This document shows, in pieces, positions 39,505 to 47,422 of a stretch of DNA of 64,000 nucleotides. Origin of the DNA: Nitrospiria bacterium (GTDB lineage: Bacteria; Nitrospirota; UBA9217); NCBI GenBank assembly GCA_919901555.1, contig CAKKPG010000012.1:10654-74653 (forward strand), in the 5' to 3' direction. The first letter of the stretch is position 1; every line of letters begins with the position of its first letter. Below the pieces are notes generated by a model that was given only the letters and a program-made list of their open reading frames with translations, was not told the origin of the DNA and did not search any database. The position numbers were made by a program, and so were the translations under genes.

Positions 39505-39651
39505 ATGTTCACGCTCAAGATCGAGGAATTAGAAGAGCGGATCGCGCCGGATTTTATCGGCAATCCGGGCAACAACAACCCGCCTCTCAACAACACGAAC
39601 AATCCGGGGAACGAAGGCGCCGGCGGCCAGGTGTCGACCGGCGGTGTGTGA
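39505..39651 (+). CDS. Small N/G/P-rich peptide (48 aa), a candidate precursor-like peptide
   Basis: ATG 7 nt after AAAGGAGGTGA. MFTLKIEELEERIAPDFIGNPGNNNPPLNNTNNPGNEGAGGQVSTGGV. Not in the ORF track (under 60 aa). Followed by a perfect 22-nt palindrome. Confidence 0.5.
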   Translation: MFTLKIEELEERIAPDFIGNPGNNNPPLNNTNNPGNEGAGGQVSTGGV

Positions 39652-39676
39652 GTTGTTAATGTGAACCTTGAGCAGA

Positions 39677-39698
39677 CTTGAAGCTGATCAGCTTCAAG
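39677..39698 (+). other. Perfect 22-nt palindrome cttgaagctgatcagcttcaag between the peptide gene and the NHL gene
   Basis: Could form a 9-bp stem with a 4-nt loop hairpin. No U-tract follows, so it may be an attenuator or processing site rather than an intrinsic terminator. Confidence 0.4.
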
Positions 39699-39738
39699 TT
39701 CAAGTCTGCAAGGTCAGGTCAGAAAAGGAGGCACGAAC

Positions 39739-40845
39739 ATGTTAAAGCTAAAATACGTGTATGCCGCCGCGATCCTCGCGGCGCTTGTCTTCGCACTTGG
39801 AATCTGGAATCCCTTCCCGGCGAAAGCAGACCGCGGTGTCTCGCTTGTCCCACCGAAGTTTAAGGTGGATCCGTTCTGGCCGAAGCCGCTGCCCGCTCCC
39901 GGCGGCCATCAGTGGGTGACGGGGGAGCCGGGTGGGAGCTGCGTCGACTCGCGGGATCACATCTTCACGGTCAACCGCGGGAACCTCACGGCGAATGACG
40001 GCACCACGTCGGTCGCCTCGCCCCCGGTGCTCGAGTACGATCCCGAGGGCAACCTGGTGAACTCCTGGGGGGACCGCACCATCCTGCCGGACGGCCTGCA
40101 CGGCTGCTTCTTCGATCAGCAGGATAACATCTATATCGCCGGCAACGCAGATGCCATCGTGCAGAAGTATACGCACGACGGCACCCTGCTGCTGCAGATC
40201 GGCACCAAGGGGCTGTTCGACACATCCGACGGGACTGCTACAGGCACGCCGTTGAACTCGAGTCACACGCTGCTCCACCGGCCGGCGGACATCGCGGTCG
40301 ATCCGGAGAACGGCGATATCTACATCGCGGACGGCTACGGCAACTTCCGCGTGGTGGTCTTCGACAAGAACGGCAACTTCCTCCGCCAGTGGGGCTCTGG
40401 CCCAGGCACCGACCCAGGGCAGTTCGGCACCAGCGGCCATCCGCACTGCGTTGTACTCGGCAAGGAGGGGCTCGTCTACACGTGCGACCGGGCCAACCAT
40501 CGGATCGAGGTCTTCGACAAGCAAGGCACCTGGCTGCGGGACATCCGCGTGGATCCCCCGAGCCCCCTCGATCAGTCAACCCTGCGGGCGTGTGACATCG
40601 ACTTCTCGATCGACAAGAACCAGACCTGGATATACGACACGGACCTCGGCAGCGACAAGGTCTGGATCATGAACCGCTCCCTCGGCACGATCGTCGGCAG
40701 CTTGGGCCGGGCCGGGCAGATGGCCGGCGAGTTCATCTTCCCGCACACGGCGACGGTCGACTCCAAGGGCAACCTCTACGTGGCGGAGACCGTCAACGGC
40801 CGCCGCATCCAGAAGTTTGTGAATCTAGGTCACTCACCGGAGTAG
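39739..40845 (+). CDS. Secreted NHL-repeat beta-propeller protein (peptidyl-hydroxyglycine amidating lyase-like fold)
   Basis: 368 aa with a signal peptide. Repeats GDIYIADGYGNFRVVVFDKNG / GQFGTSGHPHCVVLGKEGLVYTCDRANHRIEVFDKQG / GEFIFPHTATVDSKGNLYVAETVNGRRIQKF. Confidence 0.75.
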   Translation: MLKLKYVYAAAILAALVFALGIWNPFPAKADRGVSLVPPKFKVDPFWPKPLPAPGGHQWVTGEPGGSCVDSRDHIFTVNRGNLTANDGTTSVASPPVLEYDPEGNLVNSWGDRTILPDGLHGCFFDQQDNIYIAGNADAIVQKYTHDGTLLLQIGTKGLFDTSDGTATGTPLNSSHTLLHRPADIAVDPENGDIYIADGYGNFRVVVFDKNGNFLRQWGSGPGTDPGQFGTSGHPHCVVLGKEGLVYTCDRANHRIEVFDKQGTWLRDIRVDPPSPLDQSTLRACDIDFSIDKNQTWIYDTDLGSDKVWIMNRSLGTIVGSLGRAGQMAGEFIFPHTATVDSKGNLYVAETVNGRRIQKFVNLGHSPE

Positions 40846-40917
40846 GGCAACACATAGGTCCGCAATCGGCCGGCCGGGGGCCCGGGCGCTCCCGGCCGGC
40901 GCCACTCGCCACAGGAG

Positions 40918-42357
40918 GTGTTAGCCATGTCCAGCCGTTGGCTCAGACTTGCGGGCGCCGGTCTCGTCACCTTTCTGGCGCTCGGCTCCCTTCCAGCGAC
41001 TGCCCATCAGTTTCCGCTCAGCACGGTGATGAACGCCCTCGTCAAGATCGAGCCGACGCAGGCGCACCTCGTCCTCCGCGTGCCCCTGTCGGTGCTCGCG
41101 TCGGACATGAGCAGAGTCACCGTGGCCTTCCCGGTCATCGGGCCTGAGATTGATCTGGCAGCGGCCGGGCCCGCGATTCAGGAAGCCCTGGGAGGACTTG
41201 GCCAGGAAATCGCGCTCTGGGAGGACGGGGTCCGGCTGGTCCCGTCGCACGCGCGAGGCCGCTTGTCCTTACCCTCGGACCGCTCCTTTGAGCAATATGA
41301 TCAGGCTGCTGCGCACGTGGCCCAGCCAATGGCTCCCGGGGAGAGGATCTACCAGAACCAGGGCTTCTTCGACGCCCAGTTCACCTATCCCATCGGCTCG
41401 CCGACGTCCCGGTTCGCGATCCAGATGACGGTGGCGCCCGGGCTCCCGGAGGAATATCTGAAGCTCGTGGTTCGGTATCTGCCGCTCGACGAAGGGAGCC
41501 GGGCGTTCGTGATTTCGAATCGGTCGGGGCGCGTGAACCTCAACCCCGCGTGGTACCAAGCCGCTAGAGGGTTCGTCGCGCTCGGTATCGGGCATATCCT
41601 GAGCGGCGTGGATCACCTCCTGTTTCTCCTCTGCCTCATCATCCCCTTCCGGCGGCTCCGCGGCCTCATCCCGGTGGTCACGGCATTCACGGTCGCCCAT
41701 TCCATCACGCTCATCGCCTCGGCCTACGACCTCGTGCCGGTCGGCGCGTGGTTCCCCCCGCTGGTCGAGACCCTCATCGCGGCGTCCATCGTCTACATGG
41801 CGCTCGAAAACATTGTCGTGACGGACCTCCGGTATCGCTGGCTCATCACGGGCCTGTTCGGGCTGATGCACGGCTTCGGCTTCTCGTATGGCCTGGCCCA
41901 GAATCTCCAGTTCGCCGGCTCGCACCTCCTCGTATCGCTTCTGTCGTTCAACATCGGGATCGAGATCGGCCAGATCCTCATGCTGCTCGTCGCACTTCCG
42001 GCCCTGGCCCTGCTGTTCCGGTACGCGCTCACCGGGCGCGCCGTCGTGGTGATCCTGTCCGCGGTGGCCGCCCACACTGGCTGGCACTGGATGACGGAGC
42101 GGGCCGACGTGCTCTGGAAGGTCCAGTGGCCTGCTTTGGACGCCGCCGGTCTCACGGTGCTCGCCCGCTGGGCGCTGGTGGTGCTGCTTGCCGGCGGGGG
42201 CGCGTGGCTCCTCGCGGGACGGCTTGTGCGTCACCCCGACCTACAAAAGCCCAGAACCCAAGTTGAAGAGTTGGAAGAGCGGATCGTCCCGAGCGTGACC
42301 GGGACCGGTGGGTACGACGGTCAGCCAGGAAACCAGATGCAGGACAGAGGGGTCTAA
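40918..42357 (+). CDS. Membrane protein with a periplasmic N-terminal domain and a HupE/UreJ-like multi-TM domain
   Basis: 479 aa with a signal peptide. GIGHILSGVDHLLFLLCL and HSITLIASAY resemble the HupE/UreJ motif G.lHP..G.DHllaMlavG. The C-terminal tail TQVEELEERIVPSVTGTGGYDGQPGNQ...GV repeats the motif of the small peptide. Confidence 0.6.
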   Translation: MLAMSSRWLRLAGAGLVTFLALGSLPATAHQFPLSTVMNALVKIEPTQAHLVLRVPLSVLASDMSRVTVAFPVIGPEIDLAAAGPAIQEALGGLGQEIALWEDGVRLVPSHARGRLSLPSDRSFEQYDQAAAHVAQPMAPGERIYQNQGFFDAQFTYPIGSPTSRFAIQMTVAPGLPEEYLKLVVRYLPLDEGSRAFVISNRSGRVNLNPAWYQAARGFVALGIGHILSGVDHLLFLLCLIIPFRRLRGLIPVVTAFTVAHSITLIASAYDLVPVGAWFPPLVETLIAASIVYMALENIVVTDLRYRWLITGLFGLMHGFGFSYGLAQNLQFAGSHLLVSLLSFNIGIEIGQILMLLVALPALALLFRYALTGRAVVVILSAVAAHTGWHWMTERADVLWKVQWPALDAAGLTVLARWALVVLLAGGGAWLLAGRLVRHPDLQKPRTQVEELEERIVPSVTGTGGYDGQPGNQMQDRGV

Positions 42358-43105
42358 TCTTCAACCGTGACAGCGTTGTCATCATCGAAGATATGACTCT
42401 CTATCCGCATGGACGAGCTTATCATTCTTTCGCCCAGGTTAAAAAAACATAGATCCTGCAAAAAGTCCGTATATAGCAATAGTGCTCCATATCGAAATCA
42501 TTGTTGTGGTTGATGATGCGTCATAAAAATCTGTAATTATTTTTTGTTCTCTTTCGGTCGCGCCGTACTTTTTTGACAAAATGCTGCTTGCTGACACCGA
42601 ATGCAGGCAAGAACGATACGATATAGAAAATTAGATAGAATGTCGCCAACGCGAAAAGAAATTTCCTCATATCTTGGCACCTCTTTGGGTCTGTGTCGAC
42701 TTACCAGGCTGCCTCGGTGATGAGAAACGTATTCATATCTTTTTTCACAATTCGTGTTTTTGAATTCTTGACATCCAGATGCCAATTGTCACGGAGGTCA
42801 ACGGTGAGTATCTTTCTCAGGTTCTTTCCCGACTTATCGGCTATCCATAGAATCGTTGCCGTAGTTACTGCTTTTGTTTTTCTGTATTTTTCGCAATTCT
42901 TATCAATAGATTTACACCGATGTTCAGCACAACAAAGAACATTCCGACTGCCACACTGCACAGTACCAATGTGATCAAAAAAAGGGAAGGGGTAACAGTT
43001 TAGTCCTTTCGTCCCCCTGCCGAAGACAGTCCGGCCCTCTTAGTCCAGCAGACCTGCGAGGCCGGAAAGAGCTATGAGCGTATTGTACCGGCTCTGCATA
43101 TTTCT

Positions 43106-44680
43106 TCAACTCGAATTATTATACAGTGCGGCCTGGGCTGTTGCGGTATCGGCCGTATGGAGGGTCTGCAGAAACTCCCTTGGATGGACATTCTGCCTTC
43201 TGGCGGTCTGGATGAGCGTGGGGATGATACTGTGGGTCTTTATTCCGCTGTTCGATCTCGTCCCGAAGCACACCTTGCGGAAGATCACCATGTGCCGAAG
43301 CGACTGTTCGGCATGATTGTTCGTCGGCGGCACGCCGGGGATGCGCAGGAAGGTGAAGAGGCGCTTCTGCTCAGGGCCGATGAGGTACGACCGCAGAGTC
43401 TCGGCGGGTTTGAACCGGAGCGGCCGCTTGCAGATTTCATTGAGTTCAGCAACAAAGCGTTTTTCGATATCGGCCGCCTTCTTCCAGGGGAGGCCGCCGG
43501 ATTCTAGTTTCCGTCCCGCATCGCAGGCTTGTTTGCCGAGGTCTGCGACATTGCTCACGAGGGATTCCACGCAGCGGTCCTTTTCCGGCTGCGGCAAAAG
43601 CGCGTGCTCCCGGCCGAGGTCCTTGGCGTTGGTGATGATATGCGCCAGACACGCCTGCCAGTCGAGACCAATGCCGTTATATGCGGCATAGCGGTCGCGC
43701 ATCAGCGTACCGTCAAAATTATTTCCAAAGACAGTTTTCGCCGCATCCGCAGATCGGCGCCGGTCTATGTGGAAGAAGGCCAGATCGTCATTTCCCGCGA
43801 ACCATACAAAATACCCCTTGCCGTCATTTCTCCAGGAGGTTTCATCAGCATGGACTACAGGGGAAACCCGTATTTTCTCCCGCACATCCTCATAGATTGG
43901 TTCTCCCTTTTTTGCCGTCTTCCGGTCAAACCCCACGAGCGAGGCCGGAGCGCAGAAGAGCCCGAACAGGTCTTCAAGTATCAGCTGCGTCTTCCGGTAG
44001 GAGATGCCGACCCTATAGCGAAGATACCCGGCAGTGGATTTTGCAGCCGGCCCGATCGGGGCGTTCGGGATCTCGTCCGGCCCCGCTTGCACAACGGACC
44101 GGTTGCAGCGAGGGCAGAACGCCTCCGCATGCACATACTTCGTGACCATGGTCTTGGGCTTGACGACAATATCCTCCTGGATGTGCTCGTGGAACGTGTT
44201 CTCGGGCGTCAAATCATTTGACCCGCAGTGGGGACAGACGGTCGGAACGGGAACTGGGATAATCCGGTCAATCCGCGTCGGGATGGGCCTCGTCCATGCC
44301 GGATGCCCCTTCGGCGCCCCGCGCTTCTTTGGTTTCGCGTTGATAGATGATGAACCGTGCCTGCTGTCCGTCTCAGCCTGTTTTCGGTTCGGCTTGAACT
44401 GCTTTCTATGCAATGCCTGATACTTGGCCCGAAGCTCCGCATTCTCCCGTTCCAGGACCCGTATCCGCCCATCCCGCTCCTGTACCGCTTCCCGAAAATT
44501 ATCGATGATCCGCAGATGCCCATGATATACATCATCGGCCCGACGGTACTCGCTCAGGACCCACGACGTGGACAGACCGTCCAGATAAGGGCAGGTGTGC
44601 TCATAGAGACAGACAAAATCATGGGCGGCCAGGGATGCCGGGACATTCCTATTTGCTCTCCAAATTGAGCAGCTCCCAAT
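43106..44680 (-). CDS. IS66-family transposase (TnpC-like); the canonical start codon is missing or displaced
   Basis: The ORF track calls 43106..44413 from a TTG. The frame stays open to 44680 and encodes a leucine-zipper-like N-terminus (REAVQERDGRIRVLERENAELRAKYQALHRKQ) with no ATG/GTG/TTG, suggesting a frameshift from the upstream ORF or decay. Confidence 0.7.
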   Translation of the reverse strand: MGSCSIWRANRNVPASLAAHDFVCLYEHTCPYLDGLSTSWVLSEYRRADDVYHGHLRIIDNFREAVQERDGRIRVLERENAELRAKYQALHRKQFKPNRKQAETDSRHGSSSINAKPKKRGAPKGHPAWTRPIPTRIDRIIPVPVPTVCPHCGSNDLTPENTFHEHIQEDIVVKPKTMVTKYVHAEAFCPRCNRSVVQAGPDEIPNAPIGPAAKSTAGYLRYRVGISYRKTQLILEDLFGLFCAPASLVGFDRKTAKKGEPIYEDVREKIRVSPVVHADETSWRNDGKGYFVWFAGNDDLAFFHIDRRRSADAAKTVFGNNFDGTLMRDRYAAYNGIGLDWQACLAHIITNAKDLGREHALLPQPEKDRCVESLVSNVADLGKQACDAGRKLESGGLPWKKAADIEKRFVAELNEICKRPLRFKPAETLRSYLIGPEQKRLFTFLRIPGVPPTNNHAEQSLRHMVIFRKVCFGTRSNSGIKTHSIIPTLIQTARRQNVHPREFLQTLHTADTATAQAALYNNSS

Positions 44681-44993
44681 TTACCTTCGATAGTTTCTGG
44701 ATCAGCGTCCAGAGCTTCTTATACCACACGCTCATCTCCGTCGCCATGGGGGCGATGTCCTTCCTGACGTACAGTGTAACGGTTTTTCCTTCCACCTTGG
44801 TCGTCAGGTTGTGCCCGGACATGGAAGGGGATTTGGCGACGGTGCCGATCAGGTAGCTGTCGAGCATCGCCGAGATGTCCTCCCGCAGCCGGACTCGCTG
44901 TTTCTTTAAAAGATCGATTCGCTTCATGGGTTTTGGCCTCCTTCTTGCATGAGTATTAATACTCACATAGGTATACCGAAAAAGCGCCCACAA
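44649..44993 (-). CDS. Small DUF6788-like protein encoded at the 5' end of the IS
   Basis: 114 aa. ...LTTKVEGKTVTLYVRKDIAPMATEMSVWYKKLWTLIQKLSKVNWELLNLE. Overlaps the open transposase frame by about 30 nt. Confidence 0.5.
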   Translation of the reverse strand: MWALFRYTYVSINTHARRRPKPMKRIDLLKKQRVRLREDISAMLDSYLIGTVAKSPSMSGHNLTTKVEGKTVTLYVRKDIAPMATEMSVWYKKLWTLIQKLSKVNWELLNLESK

Positions 44994-45278
44994 GTCAAGA
45001 ACTATGTGGGCGCGTGATCAAAAAAGTTCAAAAACGGCTAAACTGTTACGCTTGTTTCTATCATACATGTCCCAAACAGTCATTCTTTTTTCCGCCCCCT
45101 GTCCAACGACTGGACTTTTATACCACAAGCCCATTGCTCACCTATTGCCGGATGCAGCAGAAAATAGTTTATCCTAAATGTTTTAGGTGCTCGCCGGAGG
45201 TGAGGAAAGACAGAATGGTTTTCAGAACCTGGAATTTTGACTGGAAAAGAGCAGACGTGATGGGTCAGGGAAAATTCG

Positions 45279-45749
45279 CTACAGGATGTTCATCCGCAGC
45301 GCCACGTTCAGGTTCATCTCGCCCACGCTCGCCCGCAGGGGAATGACCAGGGTTTCGATGTTGAGGCCGCTGGAGAAGCAGAGGTTCTGGCCGGTGAAGA
45401 TGAGCGGAGGGGTCAGGCGGAAGGTAAAGCCCCGGTCGTTCAGCGTGGATACCGCCCGGGCGACCATCACGTTCGTCAGTTCCATCACCGTATCAAGGGC
45501 ATAGGGGGTGAGTTCGGAGAACTTTTCCCCGTTCAGGGCGCCGGCCACGCTGAGGGCCGTATCTTTGCTCATTTCGAGGATGATGCGTCCCTCCACTTCG
45601 CCTGTCATCCCGATGACGGCGGCAACGTCCTTTTTCGGAGAAGCGTCGCCGTGGAGCTCCATGCTGCCCCGCTCGGCACGCGAGCCGGTGAACTCTGACA
45701 GGACGTTTACCGCGGATTCAACGATGGGATTGATATAGTCGAGACGCAT
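45279..45749 (-). CDS. cheX: CheX/CheC-family chemotaxis phosphatase
   Basis: 156 aa with the size and hydrophobic pattern of CheX. Adjacent to cheY and cheB. Confidence 0.6.
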   Translation of the reverse strand: MRLDYINPIVESAVNVLSEFTGSRAERGSMELHGDASPKKDVAAVIGMTGEVEGRIILEMSKDTALSVAGALNGEKFSELTPYALDTVMELTNVMVARAVSTLNDRGFTFRLTPPLIFTGQNLCFSSGLNIETLVIPLRASVGEMNLNVALRMNIL

Positions 45750-45868
45750 AGGTTTACCTCAAATTTCAAATCCTCAATCCGAAATTCAAAACCCTGAACT
45801 GCCACACGCGAAGAATACAGAAGCGTCAAATCCAAAGCGCCAAACGAAAAATTTAAGATTTTTCGATC

Positions 45869-46252
45869 TCAGTGCGCCAGCACGAACCGAACGATCTCCT
45901 TCATGGGCACGTTCTGCACCGGCTTGGTAATAAAATGCTTGGCCCCTTTTTTCAGCGCGTCCTTCACGAGCTGGTGATGGCCGAGGGACGAGACCATGAT
46001 GATCTTTGCCCGGCTGTCGTCGCGAATGATCATTTCAAGGGCGTCGATTCCCTCCATCCCGGGCATGGTGATGTCCATGAACACGATATCGGGCTTCAAC
46101 GTCCGGTACTTCTGCACCCCGTCCTGGCCTGAAACCGCCTCGCCCGCAAGCGTCCCCCCGATGCCGGCGAGCACCTTGATGAGCGACTTGCGCGCAAATT
46201 CGGAATCATCCACAACGAGAAAGTTAAACGGTCTGTCCTGGTTTCCCTGCAT
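45869..46252 (-). CDS. cheY: Single-domain response regulator (CheY-like)
   Basis: 127 aa. FLVVDDSEFARKSLIKVL...DIVFMDITMPGMEGIDAL...MVSS...K. Confidence 0.75.
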   Translation of the reverse strand: MQGNQDRPFNFLVVDDSEFARKSLIKVLAGIGGTLAGEAVSGQDGVQKYRTLKPDIVFMDITMPGMEGIDALEMIIRDDSRAKIIMVSSLGHHQLVKDALKKGAKHFITKPVQNVPMKEIVRFVLAH

Positions 46253-47318
46253 AGGTGTTTACCTCCCGTACCAGTGCTGACAGTCTGTCGGGTATGTCCC
46301 CGAGCGCAAGAACTTCCTGAACGTGCCCCATTTCGACGGCGACCTTGGGCATGCCGTACACCACGCAGCTTTCTTCGTCCTGCGCCATGGTGTGGCCGCC
46401 GCAGGCCCTGATCCTCCCCAGGCCGCGCGCCCCGTCCTCGCCCATGCCCGTCATGATGACCCCGATGACGTCGGCGCCGTAGAGCTGCGAAACTGAATCG
46501 AACAGCACGTCGGCCGACGGGCGGTGGCCGTTCACCGGCGGGGCCGCGGAAAGCACGGCCACGCTGCCTTTGCCGATCTTCGTTATTTTTAAATGCCTGT
46601 TGCCGGGCGCAATGAGCGCGGACCCCGGAAGCAGCCGGTCGCCCTCCTGCGCCTCCTTCACCTGGATCTTGCACGCCTGGTTCAGCCTGTCGGCGAACAT
46701 CCTGGTGAACCCCTCGGGCATATGCTGCACAATGAGGACAGCTGCGGGGAAATCCTCGGGCAGACGGGGGAGCATGTAGCTGATGGCGTTCGGGCCTCCG
46801 GTAGATATGCCGATGGCGACGACGGTCTTGAGGAGCTCCGTCTGCGACCGCTTCTTCGGCGCGGGGACCGGTTGAGGCGGGAACCGCTCCGATGCGGGGA
46901 AGACGGCCTTCCCCACTTTCACGCGGCTGGCCATTTTTACTTTCTTGATCAGTTCTTCGGCGATTTCATGGAGATGCAGGGAGATGGCGTCTTTGGGCTT
47001 GGTAATGAAATCCACGGCCCCCAGCGCCAGCCCCTCCAGTGTCAGCCGTCCGCCCTTGGTCGTGAGGGAGCTCACGAGCACCACCGGTATACGATGGTCG
47101 TTCACAATATACCGGAGCGCGGTGAGGCCGTCCATCCGCGGCATATCCAGGTCCAGGGTAATGACGTCGGGCTTTGCCTGCGGTATCTTCTTGAGCGCGA
47201 ACAGGCCGTCCATGGCGGTGTTCACCACTTCCAGGTCGGGGTCCTTCATGAGAATATCGCTGATGAGCTTGCGCATGAGCGCTGAATCATCGACGACCAT
47301 TACCCGAATTCTATTCAT
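46224..47318 (-). CDS. cheB: Protein-glutamate methylesterase CheB (receiver domain plus methylesterase)
   Basis: Start MNRIRVMVVDDSALMRK at 47318. Methylesterase core VVAIGISTGGPNAISYMLPRL...VLIVQHMPEGFT. Confidence 0.85.
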   Translation of the reverse strand: MNRIRVMVVDDSALMRKLISDILMKDPDLEVVNTAMDGLFALKKIPQAKPDVITLDLDMPRMDGLTALRYIVNDHRIPVVLVSSLTTKGGRLTLEGLALGAVDFITKPKDAISLHLHEIAEELIKKVKMASRVKVGKAVFPASERFPPQPVPAPKKRSQTELLKTVVAIGISTGGPNAISYMLPRLPEDFPAAVLIVQHMPEGFTRMFADRLNQACKIQVKEAQEGDRLLPGSALIAPGNRHLKITKIGKGSVAVLSAAPPVNGHRPSADVLFDSVSQLYGADVIGVIMTGMGEDGARGLGRIRACGGHTMAQDEESCVVYGMPKVAVEMGHVQEVLALGDIPDRLSALVREVNTYAGKPGQTV

Positions 47319-47422
47319 GGCTTTCCCTGTCTGGACCAAGGCAACCGCGCCTGCACCCGCGTTTTCGCAAGAGCAGGGTGTTGCCGTTATCTCTGACGCC
47401 AACTCGGTTGGCTCGCTCCATA

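Larger units (their letters stand above)
42992..45049 (-). mobile_element. IS66-family insertion sequence (about 2.06 kb) with 12-bp terminal inverted repeats GTAACAGTTTAG
   Basis: gtaacagtttag at 42992-43003 and its complement ctaaactgttac at 45038-45049. It contains a transposase with zf-IS66 CPHC...CPRC, DETSW and NNHAEQSLR motifs plus a small upstream ORF. No clean target-site duplication was seen. Confidence 0.65.

Noticed and set aside
39405-39602. 65-aa minus-strand ORF overlapping the small peptide gene
   Set aside because: It has no ribosome-binding site and overlaps a plus-strand ORF with a perfect SD. It is an antisense shadow.
44209-44535. 108-aa ORF inside the IS, considered as an alternative transposase N-terminus
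   Set aside because: Its translation (RYRSGMGGYGSWNGR...) is low-complexity. The overlapping frame that continues into the transposase encodes a plausible leucine zipper instead.
42984-45057. Target-site duplication for the IS66-family element
   Set aside because: The 8 bp flanking the inverted repeats (gggaaggg / gcttgttt) do not match. The insertion is left without TSD support, and its age is unknown.
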